From an uncultured Chloroflexia bacterium (lineage in GTDB: Bacteria; Chloroflexota; Limnocylindria; Limnocylindrales; CSP1-4): a stretch of 64,000 nucleotides of DNA. This document shows positions 48,385 to 60,127 of the stretch, one piece after another. The stretch spans positions 962,225-1,026,224 of the forward strand of contig CAVZLU010000008.1 of assembly GCA_963776355.1 (NCBI GenBank). Direction: 5' to 3'. Below the pieces are notes generated by a model. That model was not told where the DNA came from and ran no database searches. It worked only from the letters and a program-made list of their open reading frames with translations. The position numbers and the translations under genes were made by a program. How positions within the stretch are numbered: position 1 is the stretch's first letter; every line of letters starts with the position of its first letter.

Positions 48385-48437
48385 CGCGGGCTTCGCCGCG
48401 GTTCATCGCCGGCTTCGCCACGGCTTCATCGCGAACG
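48381..48437. repeat. About 22-nt tandem repeat x2.5 spanning the yraN start
   Basis: TCATCGCgGGCTTCGCCgCGGt / TCATCGCcGGCTTCGCCaCGGct / TCATCGCgaacg. Each unit carries an ATG on the minus strand. Confidence 0.5.
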
Positions 48438-48509
48438 TACGCTGGCTCGACCGCCGTCTCGTCGCGGCCTATCCCTGCGGCGTCCCACCGCCCGGGTGGG
48501 CACACCTGG

Positions 48510-49271
48510 CTACGACGAGCTCACGCGACTTCCGGCGACGGCAAGGTCCTGCTCCCACGCCCCCAGGAGGTCGTCGACCTCCGGCGAGGTGGCACCCACG
48601 GTTCCGGTCACGGTCGGCTCCAGGTCGAGGCCAAGCTGCTCGACGCCCTCGATCGCCCGCCTCGTGGTGATGAAGGACCGCCGATGGAAGGGCGTCACTC
48701 CAAGGGTCGCCATGGCCGCGCGATGCTCCGCCGTGGCATAGCCGGCGTTCCGTTCCCAGCCGTAGCCGGGATGGCGGACCGCGAGGCGGGCCATGAGGCG
48801 ATCGCGGACGACCTTGGCCACGATCGACGCGCAGGCGATCGAATAGACCTTCGCATCACCGTCGATGATCGCCTCGTACGGTCCCACGTCGGCCTCGAAG
48901 CCGACGATCCGGAGGCCGTCGACGAGGACGTGGTCGTGGCCGCCGAGGCGAGCCAGCGCCCGGCGCATCGCCAGGTGCGTGGCGTGATAGATGTTGAGGC
49001 GATCGATCTCCGTGACCGAGGCCGCACCGATCCCTACCGCGAGCGCCCGCCGGCGGACCACCGGCGCAAGGGCCTCGCGCTGCGCCGGCGACAGCAGCTT
49101 CGAATCTCGCACGCCGGGAATTCGACGGGCATTCGGGCGCACGATCACGGCCGCCGCCACGACCGGGCCGCAGGCCGGCGCGACGCCGACCTCGTCCACG
49201 CCGGCCACGCGGGTCGCGCCCGCGCTCCACAGGGCGCGTTCGCGGCGGAGCGTCGGGACGGGCGAGGCCAT
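48510..49271 (-). CDS. rnhB: Ribonuclease HII
   Basis: GVDEVG...GPVVAAAV..., DSKLLS, ASIVAKVVRD, GYGW..NAGY. Confidence 0.9.
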   Translation of the reverse strand: MASPVPTLRRERALWSAGATRVAGVDEVGVAPACGPVVAAAVIVRPNARRIPGVRDSKLLSPAQREALAPVVRRRALAVGIGAASVTEIDRLNIYHATHLAMRRALARLGGHDHVLVDGLRIVGFEADVGPYEAIIDGDAKVYSIACASIVAKVVRDRLMARLAVRHPGYGWERNAGYATAEHRAAMATLGVTPFHRRSFITTRRAIEGVEQLGLDLEPTVTGTVGATSPEVDDLLGAWEQDLAVAGSRVSSS

Positions 49272-49362
49272 CGCGGCAAGGGTAGCCGGAATCAGCGCGG
49301 CCCCGCCGGGTGGCGGGGCCGAGTCGCGAGGGGCGGGGCGGCGGCGATCTGCCGAGGGCGCG

Positions 49363-49710
49363 CTAGCTCGTGCGGCGCTCGCGCAGGGTGGCGGCCTTGC
49401 CGACCCGCTTGCGGAGGAAGTAGAGCTTGGCCCGCCGGGCGACGCCGTGGCGCACGACCTCGATCCTCTCGATCCGCGGGCTGTTGACCTTGAAGGTTCG
49501 CTCGACGCCGACGCCAGAGGCGATCCGACGAACGGTGACCGAGCGCGTGATCCCGCCGCCGGTCAGGCGCAGGATCGTTCCCTCGAACACCTGGACGCGC
49601 TCCCGGTTGCCCTCCACGACCTTCGCGGCGACCTTCACCGTGTCGCCGGGCGCGAGCTCCGGGATGTCGGTTCGAAGCTGGTCCTTGACGATCTCGTCGA
49701 GCACGTTCAC
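49363..49710 (-). CDS. rplS: 50S ribosomal protein L19
   Basis: [32 protein letters not shown]...[12 protein letters not shown] start. Confidence 0.95.
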   Translation of the reverse strand: MNVLDEIVKDQLRTDIPELAPGDTVKVAAKVVEGNRERVQVFEGTILRLTGGGITRSVTVRRIASGVGVERTFKVNSPRIERIEVVRHGVARRAKLYFLRKRVGKAATLRERRTS

Positions 49711-49803
49711 GGCTGTCCCCTGGATTCGGTGGGAGCGGCCGGGTCGTTCCGCGTGCCGCGTCGAGGGCGTGGAGCAGGGTCGCGGGGGCGCGACCGGCGG
49801 CGG

Positions 49804-49809
49804 AGTATA
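49804..49809 (-). promoter_or_regulatory. -10-like TATACT (gcgtgcTATACTccgccgcc) upstream of rplS
   Basis: It lies 94 nt upstream of the rplS start, just after the trmD stop, and has the same flanks as the rpsB and rpmF boxes. Confidence 0.4.
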
Positions 49810-49827
49810 GCACGCCCGGGACCGGGC

Positions 49828-50613
49828 TCAGGCGGGCGGCTGTGACGGCGCGATCGCCTCCGGGTCCTCATCGCCACCGCCCTCGGCCTCGAGGTCGCTG
49901 CGGACCTCCGCGAGCAGCCGTTGCTCCTCGGCGGTCCACGTCCTCCGGTCGAGCAGGTCGGGTCGTCGCGAAGCCGTCCGCCGCACCGATTCACGGAGGC
50001 GCCAGCGCCGCACGGCCTCGTGGTCGCCGGAGGTGAGGACCTCGGGGACGCCGGCCCCGGCAAAGACCGCCGGCCGGGTGTACTGCGGATACTCGAGGAG
50101 CCCGCGGGCGAAGGATTCGTCCTCGAGAGACGCCTCCTCGATCGCACCGGGCAGCAGGCGCAGGACCGCGTCCACGACCACGAGCGCGGCCAGCTCGCCA
50201 CCGCTGAGGACATAGTCGCCGACCGAGAGCTCGAGGTCGACCATGCCCCGGATCCGCTCGTCGACGCCCTCGTAGCGCGGGCACAGCAGGACCAGGTGGG
50301 GACGCCGGGCGAGGTCCTCCGCGCGACCCTGGCGGAACGGCTCGCCAGCCGGGTCGAGGAGGATCACCGTGGAGTCGGGCCGGCGGAGCGTGGCCAGCGC
50401 GCCGGCCACCGGCTCCGGACGGAGGACCATGCCCGCGCCGCCGCCGTAGGGCGCGTCGTCGACGCTGCGATGGCGACCAAGGCCCCACGTGCGCAGGTCG
50501 TGCACGAGGACGGTGGCCAGGCCCCGCGCCTGGATGCGGCCCGGGATGCTGGCGGCGAGGGGCGCGGCCATCATCTCGGGGAAGAGCGTGACGAGGTCGA
50601 TCTCGAGGCCCAC
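49828..50613 (-). CDS. trmD: tRNA (guanine37-N1)-methyltransferase TrmD
   Basis: IDLVTLFPEMM..., DDAPYGGGAGMVL, LLCPRYEGVDERI, SVGDYVLSGGELAA. Confidence 0.95.
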   Translation of the reverse strand: MGLEIDLVTLFPEMMAAPLAASIPGRIQARGLATVLVHDLRTWGLGRHRSVDDAPYGGGAGMVLRPEPVAGALATLRRPDSTVILLDPAGEPFRQGRAEDLARRPHLVLLCPRYEGVDERIRGMVDLELSVGDYVLSGGELAALVVVDAVLRLLPGAIEEASLEDESFARGLLEYPQYTRPAVFAGAGVPEVLTSGDHEAVRRWRLRESVRRTASRRPDLLDRRTWTAEEQRLLAEVRSDLEAEGGGDEDPEAIAPSQPPA

Positions 50614-50616
50614 GGG

Positions 50617-51354
50617 TCAGGCCTCGGGGGCGGCCGGGCCGTCGGCTTGAGGTGCCCCGCTCGACGCGTTCCCGGGCGCATCCGCGGAAGGTGGCAACGA
50701 CGGCGGCGGCGGATCCGCCGGCTGGTCGGCGGCGGGCTTCGGCGTCATCGGCACGGCGGGCCGTCGCCGAGTCGCCCGCCGCGGTCGGGGCGGGCGCGGG
50801 GCCGCCGCCGGCCGGAGGCTGGCCGGCCCGGGCAGGTCCAGGGCCTCCGGATCGACGACGATCTCGCCGCGCCGCGGCGCCAGGATCCGGACAAAGGGGC
50901 GGGTGATCGGCAGGTCGAAGTCGCCGCGCGGGCCCCCGACGACCTCGAGCACGTCGGCGCCGCCGGTCCGGTAGACGTCGCGCACGGTGCCGAGCTCCGC
51001 TCCCTCGGGGTCGCGAACCGCGACCCCGATCATCTCGTGCCAGTAGTAGGCGCCCCGCGGGAGGGTATCGCCGGGCCCCGACTCCACCTCGAGGTAGGTC
51101 CCTCGAAACGCCTCGCCAGCCTGGCGCGTGCGGACCTCGTGGAAGCGCAGGACCCAGCCGGGATGGGCCGGCCGCGCCTCGGCAATCGTGAGCGGGTTCG
51201 TCGACTCCTCCGGGAAGAGGCGCGCACCGACGACGAAGCGATCGGCAGGCCGATCCGTGAGGACCTCGACCCGCATCGCGCCGTTGATGCCGTGGAGACC
51301 CCGGACGAGCCCGACGACGAGCCGTCCTCCCGGGGCGCCCTCCGGGTCGATCAG
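50617..51354 (-). CDS. rimM: 16S rRNA processing protein RimM, probable CTG start in a CTGA overlap
   Basis: The conserved N-terminus GRLVVGLVRGLHGINGAMRVEVLTDRP lies upstream of the only canonical start (ATG 51276). In-frame CTG 51354-51352 overlaps the TGA of the KH gene. Confidence 0.7.
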   Translation of the reverse strand: MIDPEGAPGGRLVVGLVRGLHGINGAMRVEVLTDRPADRFVVGARLFPEESTNPLTIAEARPAHPGWVLRFHEVRTRQAGEAFRGTYLEVESGPGDTLPRGAYYWHEMIGVAVRDPEGAELGTVRDVYRTGGADVLEVVGGPRGDFDLPITRPFVRILAPRRGEIVVDPEALDLPGPASLRPAAAPRPPRPRRATRRRPAVPMTPKPAADQPADPPPPSLPPSADAPGNASSGAPQADGPAAPEA

Positions 51355-51584
51355 ACGATCTCCAGCTGGAACTGCTCCCCATCGCGGGCGGAGACCACCT
51401 TGAGGAGCGTCCGCAGGGCCTTGGCGACGCTGCCGTTGCGGCCGATCACCTTGCCCATGTCGTCCTCGGCGACCCGCAGCTCGATGACGGTCGCGCCGGC
51501 CTCGCGGCTGACGGTGACCTCCACCTGCTCGGGATGATCGACGAGCGACTTGGCGACGTATTCGACGAGCTGCGGGGCGGCCAT
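51351..51584 (-). CDS. KH-domain RNA-binding protein (UPF0109, KhpA/YlqC-like)
   Basis: 77 aa: ...VAEDDMGKVIGRNGSVAKALRTLLK. Confidence 0.9.
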   Translation of the reverse strand: MAAPQLVEYVAKSLVDHPEQVEVTVSREAGATVIELRVAEDDMGKVIGRNGSVAKALRTLLKVVSARDGEQFQLEIV

Positions 51585-51595
51585 GGGGCCTCCTC

Positions 51596-51850
51596 CTACT
51601 TCGCGGCCGGCAGGACGCCGGCGGCCCGGAGCAGCCGCGCGACCGTCTCGGTCGGCAGCGCGCCCTTGGCGATCCAGGCCTTCGTCTTCTCGACGTCGAC
51701 CTTGAACTCGACGGGCTCGGTCCGCGGGTTGTAATGCCCGAGGATCTCGATGGCGCGGCCGTCGCGGGGCTTGCGGCTGTCGGCCACGACGACGCGGTAG
51801 GTCGGCTGCTTCGTCGCGCCGACGCGGGTGAGGCGGATGCGGGCTGCCAT
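51596..51850 (-). CDS. rpsP: 30S ribosomal protein S16
   Basis: [42 protein letters not shown]. The RBS is AGGAGG. Confidence 0.95.
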   Translation of the reverse strand: MAARIRLTRVGATKQPTYRVVVADSRKPRDGRAIEILGHYNPRTEPVEFKVDVEKTKAWIAKGALPTETVARLLRAAGVLPAAK

Positions 51851-51876
51851 CTGGGTGTGAGGTCCTCCTGCTGGAG

Positions 51877-53611
51877 CTACTTCGTGAAGGTGATCACGCT
51901 GCGGGACTCGTTCGTCGCCGCGGGGGCCTTGACGACCGAGGCAAAGGCCTCGAAGGGGACGAGGAAGGGCTTGACCTCGGTCTCGTAGCGCGACCGCTCG
52001 GCTGCCGGGATCATCGACTCGACCGCTGTCCGGAGGGCGCTGATATCGACGAAGACGTCGCTGACGCCGTCGCCCCCGGCCGCGGAGATCGCCGTCTTGT
52101 AGGCCTCGGTCGTGGCCAGCGACGAGCTGGCGACGACCCCTGCGGTCGCCTTGACCCACTCGACGGTTCCGACCAGGAAGACGCCGTTCTGCACGGTCAC
52201 GCCGATCTCGGGGACCGCCATCCCGGCTCCCTGGGAGGGGAGCGTCACGACGAGCATCGTGCCGTTGCCCAGCGGCTCCTCGCGGGAGCTGATGCCGGCT
52301 CCGCCACCGGCAAGCACGAGCAGCCCCTGCAGCTGCTGCAGCGTTCGCTGGGCTGCCGTCTCATCGGTGACCATCGCGGCGAGGCCGCCTCCGAAGGTCC
52401 CGCCGTTGAGCTCGACGGAGATCGCCGCGTCGCCGGCCCAGCCGGCCAGCGCCTCCACGCCGCCGATGGCGGCGAGGGCCTGCTCGACCTGCGTGATCAC
52501 GGCGGCCGTCGACGGGTCGCAGGCAAGCTGCTTCTTCAGGGCATCGAACCCGGACACGAGGCGGGGCCCCAGGTCACGGACCTCGATCGCCGCCAACGTG
52601 GTCGCCGGCAGGTGCGAGGCGATCGCGCTGCTGCTGTTCTTGACCGCCGACGAGGATTCGCCCGACGCGGGGCTCGTCGCGGTGAAGACGAGGGCGCTGT
52701 CCTCGGCCCGGGCGGAGCCGGCCGCCCAGTCGGGCACGAGGCCGACCACGTCGTCGAGGCAGGCCGCCGGCAGGCTGCCGGTCTGGCCCTTGGCGGCCGC
52801 GAGCGAAGCGTCGACGAAGGCCTTCACGTCGACATAGCCGAAGCCGAAGTAGGTGTCGGGCTGGGACTTCCGCGCCGCCGCGAAGGACGCGGACCCGGGG
52901 ACCGGGCTGGAGCCCCCCGTGTCGAGCGCGGCCTTGACGGCCAGCTCGGGCCCGACGATGAGCACGTTGTTGCGCACGGTGAAGGCCAGCGTGCCCTTCA
53001 GCGGCCCGGACACGATCGTGATCTGGCCCCCGGCGTAGGGCTCGCTCGTCTGCGTGCCGCCGAGCTGCTTCGAAACCCACGCCGTGGCCGCCGCCGCGTC
53101 CTTCACGGCCACCAGCAGCACGGCGCCGTCGTCGGGGACCTTTCCGAGGCCCGCCCCGGCGCCACCGGCGGCCCCGAGCGTCGGGGTGACCGCCTGGTCG
53201 AATGCCGCGGCCGTCACCGCAAGGCCGAGGTCGCCCCCCAGCCAGGGCTTGATGTCGGCGGTCCAGCTGACGCCGGAGCCCTCGAGCATCCTCTGCAGCG
53301 CCTCGTCGATCTTGGCGTCGAGGTTCGACTGGTCGGCGAAGCCCGGAAACGTTCGCCAGCAGGTTGCCGACCTTGGCCCGCTGGTCGCCCGGCAGGTCGG
53401 CCCGGATCTCGAGGTAGGCGACGGTGTCCTTGGGCAGCCAGCCCTGGATGGCCGAGGAGCTGCCGCCGGCCGCCAGGATCGCCGCCGCGACCGACAGGAC
53501 TCCGACCATGACCGCGACGGCCAGCAGGGCGATGCCCCAGCGGGCGAGGCCTCGCGGCCGGGCACCCGCCGTGACGGGCGCCACGGGAGTCCCACCGGCC
53601 CCCGGCGTCAC
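51877..53611 (-). CDS. DUF3352-like membrane-anchored exported protein, apparent +1 frameshift near 53345-53355
   Basis: The TM anchor frame reads [22 protein letters not shown]...[12 protein letters not shown]. It continues in another frame as [24 protein letters not shown].... The span is 3n+1. The start may really be ATG 53705 (GAGGGAGG-n7) via a further shift in a G6 run near 53652-53657. Confidence 0.6.
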
Positions 53612-53724
53612 CTCGATGGTCGTTTCCGGGGGCGTGCCGGGCCCGCCCGGCGGGGGGCCTTCCGGGCGTGGTGGGCGGCCCGGAGATCGGCTCGATCTCG
53701 GCCATGTTGGTGCCTCCCTCGACC

Positions 53725-55044
<1,320 letters not shown>

Positions 55045-55133
55045 GGTGTGGGAGGACTCCAGTGAACCGGGGCCGGCGGAGCGAGGCTCCGTTCCGGGTG
55101 GTGCGCGAGTTCTGGCGACACCGGGGCGCGCCC

Positions 55134-55139
55134 AGTCTA
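55134..55139 (-). promoter_or_regulatory. -10-like TAGACT (atgcgcTAGACTgggcgcg) upstream of ffh
   Basis: It lies 90 nt upstream of the ffh ATG, in a 231-bp gap after ftsY. Confidence 0.35.
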
Positions 55140-55275
55140 GCGCATCGACGCGCGGCCTCCCGGGTACGGTGGTCCTCGCCGGCGGCGACGATCGCCCGGT
55201 GCCTGTCGGCTGGCAGCCACGCCGCCGGACCGCCCCCGGCCCCGTGGTCCCGCGGCCTGCGGCCGGCTCGCCCGG

Positions 55276-56445
55276 CTAGGCGAACAGGGCGGCGACGAAG
55301 GCGTCGGGGTCGAAGGGCAGGAGGTCCCCCACCTTCTCCCCCACCCCGACGAAGCGGACGGGGACGCCGAGGGCGTGCTCGATGGCGAAGACGATGCCGC
55401 CCTTGGCCGTCGAGTCGAGCTTCGTGAGCACGATCCCGGTGAGACCGGTCGCCTCGTGGAACGCCCGCGCCTGGGCGAGGCCGTTCTGCCCGGTCGTGGC
55501 GTCGAGGACGAAGAGGACCTCGGGGCGCGCGCCCGGCAGGCGGCGGTCGATGACCCGCCGCATCTTGGCCAGCTCGTCCATCAGGTTGGACTTCGTATGC
55601 AGCCGGCCCGCCGTGTCGGCGATGAGCAGGTCGACGCCGCGGGCGATGGCGGCGTCGAGGGCGTCATAGACGACCGCCGCCGGGTCGGCGCCGGGGGCGT
55701 GGGCGACCACCGGGGCCGCGGCCCGCTCGCCCCACAGGCGGAGCTGGTCGATCGCGGCCGCACGGAACGTGTCCCCGGCCGCGAGGAGCACGCTCCGGCC
55801 CGCCATCCGCTCCCGGGCGGCGATCTTGCCGATCGTCGTGGTCTTCCCGGTCCCATTGACGCCGACGACGAGGATGACGGCCGGCTGGCCCGGCACTGCC
55901 GGCTCGAACCCCCAGCCAGGCTCGCGTGCCGCGAGGAGGGCGGCAAGCTCCGCCCGGACCGCGCCTGCCGGGCCGCCCGGGTCGCGGCGTGCCCGGGCGC
56001 GCTCGACGACCTCGATGGCGAGCGCGGCGCCGACGTCCCCGGCAATGAGCGTTTCCTCGACCTCCTCCCACGTCGCCTCGTCGGCCTCCCCAATACCGAG
56101 GATCCCGCGAAGGCGGGCCATGAAGCCGCCCCGGCTGCGCGCCACGCCGGCCACCAGGTCGCCGTCGACGATCGGCTCCGGGCCTGCCCCGGGTTCCGGC
56201 TCTGCCGCGGGCGGCGTCTCGGCGGCGGGCGGCGTCTCGACGGCGTCAGCCGGCTCGCCGGCGCCGTCGCGCGAGCCGGGCTCGGCCGCGATCCCCGCCG
56301 GCGCCGGGTCCGTCCCTGCCGCGTCCGCTGCGGCGAGCTCGGCCTCGAGCTGGGCCTCGATCTCGGCATCCGAGACGACCTCGTCGGGCGCGGCCTCGAC
56401 CGCGACCGGCTCCTCTTCCTGCTTCGGCTTGCGGCGCCAGAACAT
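55276..56445 (-). CDS. ftsY: SRP receptor FtsY (acidic N-terminal domain)
   Basis: VILVVGVNGTGKTTTIGKIA, DTAGRLH, TKLDSTAKGG. Confidence 0.95.
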   Translation of the reverse strand: MFWRRKPKQEEEPVAVEAAPDEVVSDAEIEAQLEAELAAADAAGTDPAPAGIAAEPGSRDGAGEPADAVETPPAAETPPAAEPEPGAGPEPIVDGDLVAGVARSRGGFMARLRGILGIGEADEATWEEVEETLIAGDVGAALAIEVVERARARRDPGGPAGAVRAELAALLAAREPGWGFEPAVPGQPAVILVVGVNGTGKTTTIGKIAARERMAGRSVLLAAGDTFRAAAIDQLRLWGERAAAPVVAHAPGADPAAVVYDALDAAIARGVDLLIADTAGRLHTKSNLMDELAKMRRVIDRRLPGARPEVLFVLDATTGQNGLAQARAFHEATGLTGIVLTKLDSTAKGGIVFAIEHALGVPVRFVGVGEKVGDLLPFDPDAFVAALFA

Positions 56446-56478
56446 GCGTTCCTCGTCTCCTTGCGGCGGCCGCGTCGG

Positions 56479-59400
56479 TCAGGCCGGCGGCCCGATCGGG
56501 GCCGCCTGCGCCGATCCATGCCCGGCCTTCCCGCGGGCCCGATCGGCGACGGAGCGCGCCTCCTCGATCCTGAGGCTCACGACCCGGCTTACCGCGTCCT
56601 CGCCGACGGTCACCCCGAACAGCGCGTCCGCCGCCTCGATCGTGCCCCGATTGTGGGTGATCACGATGAACTGGGTCGTCTCGGCCAGTCCCCGCAGGGC
56701 ATCCACGAAGCGGCCCACGTTCGCCTCGTCGAGGGCCGCGTCGACCTCGTCCAGCACGCAGAAGGGAACGGGTCGAACCTCGAGCATCGCGAACAGGAGG
56801 GCCACGGCGGTGAGCGCCCGCTCGCCGCCGGACAGCATCGCCAGCGCCTGCGCCTTCTTGCCCGGCGGCCGGGCGACGATCTCGACGCCGGTCTGGGCGA
56901 GATCGGCCGGGTCGGTCAGGCTCAGGCGGGCGAATCCGCCACCGAACAGCTGCTGGAAGCGACGGTCGAACGCGGTCTCGAGGGCCGCGAACGTGGTCCG
57001 GAACTGGCGGGCGATGAGCCCGTCGAGCTCGCCGATCATGCCCCGCGTCTTCTCGATCGCGCCCTCGAGGTCCGCGCGCTGGGACTGCAGGCCGTCGACG
57101 CGGGATCGCAGCTCCGCGTGCTCCTGGGCCGCGAACGGGTTCGCCGCCCCGAGCTCGTGAAACCTCCTCCGCAGGGTGGTCAGCCGGCCGGGGCCGATCG
57201 GGCTCGACCGTCACGGGGCCGGTCGCCCAGCGAGCGCCGGCCTCCGCCAGGGCCGCCGCAAGGGCGGCTCCCTCGTCATCGTCGGCCTCCGCCTCGGGCC
57301 CTCCGCCCAGGGCCCGCAGGCCCACGACCCCGAGTCCAGCGAACTCCACCAGCGCCTGCTCGCGCACGGCCTCGAGGGAAAGCCGAGCCTCGAGCTCGCG
57401 CACCTCGGCGACCCGGTGCAGGTCTTCCGCGCGCCGCAGGGCGTCGCGAGCGGCGGTCACCTCGACCTCGGCGGCGCGCAGCCGATCGCGGCCGATGGCG
57501 TCGGCCGCGCGCACCGCGTCGAGCGCCTCGCGGGCCATTCGCTCCCGGGCTGTCGCCTCCGCATGGGCCAGGTCGTGCGCCCCGCGCGACGCGTCGATCT
57601 CGGCTTCCCGCCGCGCCAGGAGCGCCGACTCGGCATCGATTCGGCGCATTCGCTCCTCGGCGATCTGGGCGGCAGCCTCCGCGCGCGCTCGCCGACCCTC
57701 CGCCGCGCGCCGCCCCGCATCCTGCACCGCGCGCGCGGCGGCCAGCGTCTCGCGCCGGCCCGACAGCTCGGCCGCCCGGGCTTCCCATGTCGCGAGGGCT
57801 CCCGCGCCGTCCCCGGCGCCCGCCCCGTCCATCGTCGCCGGCGGGGCCGGCTCCCCGTCGGCGACGGCGAGGCGCTCGGCCAGCGGGTCGCGCTCGGCCT
57901 CCAGCGAGGAGACGCGGGCGAGACCCCACGCGTGCTCACGCGCCGCCTGCTCCGCGGCGCGTCCGGCCTGGCGCTCGGTCTCGTCGGCGGCTCGGCGGTG
58001 CCCGGTCGCCTCCACCTCCACCATCGCGGACGCGATCGACTCGAGACGTGCCGCCGCGGCCGTCGCCTCGGCGGCTTCGCGGCGTTCGACGAGCCGGCCC
58101 AGCTCGGCCTCGGCGGCGGCGAGGTCGGCCGCGGCCAGATCGAGCTCCGTGCGCCGGTCCAGCGGCGCGTCGGGAACTCCCAGGCTCACGACCCCGTCGG
58201 TCCCGACGAGGCCGCCCTCGCGGGCGACGATCCGCCAGCCGGCCGGGAGCAGGGCCGCGAGCTCCACGGCGTCGGCGAGGGTCGGCGTCCAGGCCCACCG
58301 GGCCAGCAGGCGGCGGGCCGCGCCCGCGGGATCGGACCGGACGGCGTCGGAGAGCAGTCCCCCGCCATGGCGAGCCGCCTGCCCTCGGGCGGACTCGGCC
58401 TCGGCCGCGGTCGGTCCCCGGGCCCCGGCGCCTTCGAAGTCGTCGAGCACGACGAGCCCGCGCTGGCCCGCCAGCCCAGGGAGGGCGGCGCCGGCGACGA
58501 GGTAGCTGCGACCGAGACCGCCGAGCGCGGAGGCGATGATCGTCCGCAGGGCCGGGTCGATCTCGAGGCCGGCAGCCAGGGGCCGCCCCCCCGCGCGGCG
58601 GGCTGCCGGCGCGATCCCCCGTCCTTCATCGGCGGCGATCCGCGCCTCCATCGCCTCGACGCGACCGCGGAGGGTCGCGGCGCGGGCCGCGACGCCGGAG
58701 GCCGCGTCCGCCGCCGCCAGCCGCTCGGCCTCGGCACCGGCCAGGGCAAGCCGGGCCGCCTCGCTCCGCCCGCGCGCGACCTCTTCCTGTCGGCGGACTT
58801 CCTCCACCTCGGCCCGCGCCGCCCGGAGCGCTTCCGCGGCCACCGTCGCGCTCGCTCCGGCGCCGTCCGCCGCGGCCCGCGCGTCGGTGAGGGACTGATC
58901 GGCCACGGCCAGGCGTCGCCGGAGGCGCTCCAGCTCATCGGTCCGGCTGGCGGCGGCGCGGCGCGCGGCCGCATCTGCCTCCGTCCGGCGTGATGTCGCG
59001 GCGCGCAGTGCACCGGCTTCGGCGCGCGCCTCCGCCAGTGAGCGCTCGATCTCGGCGATCTCGCCGTCGAGGGTGCTCTCCGCTGCCGGGATCGGGAGGG
59101 CGAGCTCCCGTCGACGCTCGCCGAGCTCGAGGTCCGCCGCCGCTCGGTCTGCCGCCAGGCGCTCCCGATCGCGGGCGATCGCCGCCGCCTCGGCCGCGCC
59201 CGTGGCAGCCGCGATGTCGAGCGTGGCCCGGGAGGCACGCGCCGTTTCGTAGGCGGCCCGGGCAGCGGCTTCGGCGGTGGCGTGCTCGTCCAGCTGGGTG
59301 GCAGCGGCGATCGATCGGCTCTCCGCCGACCTGAGCGTCTCCAGCGCGGTCGCGGCAGCGCCGCGGGCCGCGCCGAGAGATGTCGCCGCCCGCTCCGCGT

Positions 59401-60127
59401 CCTCGGCCGCGGCTCGCCAGCGAGCGGCGAAGGCCGCCGCCAGCGCGGCGGCCAGCTCCTCGCCGGCTCGAGCCCGCGACGATTGCTGCTCGGCCTGCGC
59501 GGCCAGCCGACGGAGCTGCGGTCGGAGCTCGGCGAGGATGTCCTCGACGCGGGCGAGGTTGGCCGTCGCCTCGTTGAGCTGCTCCTCGGCGCGCCGCCGG
59601 CGGCGCTCGTGGCGGCGGACACCCGCCACCTCCTCGAAGAGGGGTCGCCGCTCTTCCGGTCGCAGGGCCAGGGCCTGGTCGACCATGCCCTGGCCGATGA
59701 AGAGGAAGGCATTGTCCGCGAGATGGGCCGCGTCAAGGAGGTCGACGAGGTCCTTGAGGCGCACGCGTTGGCGATTGACGAAGTAGTCGTTCTCGCCCGA
59801 CCGAAACAGGCGCCGGCCCACCTCGAGGATCGCGTACTCCACGGGGACGAGCCCGTCCGCGTTGTCGAGGACAAGGGCGACGTCAGCCATGCCCAGGGCG
59901 GCGCGTCGCTCCGAGCCCGCGAACACGACGTCCTCGGAGCGGCGTGACCGGAGGGCCCGGCCCTGCTCGCCGAGCGCCCAGCGGAGGGCGTCGGCGAGGT
60001 TGCTCTTGCCCGAGCCGTTGGGCCCGACGACGGCGTTGATCCCGGGCACGAACTCCACGACCGTGCGCTCGGCGAACGACTTGAAGCCCTGCACGCGGAG
60101 AGCCTGGAGCCGGGCGCGGCCGCTCAT
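56479..60127 (-). CDS. smc: Chromosome partition protein SMC, apparent +1 frameshift at 57181-57210
   Basis: The N-terminal head reads FKSFAERTVVEF.PGINAVVGPNGSGKSNLADAL, followed by long coiled coils and a hinge. The C-terminal head (LSGGERALTAVALLFA, FCVLDEVDAALD) is in another frame. The span is 3649 nt (3n+1). Confidence 0.9.
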
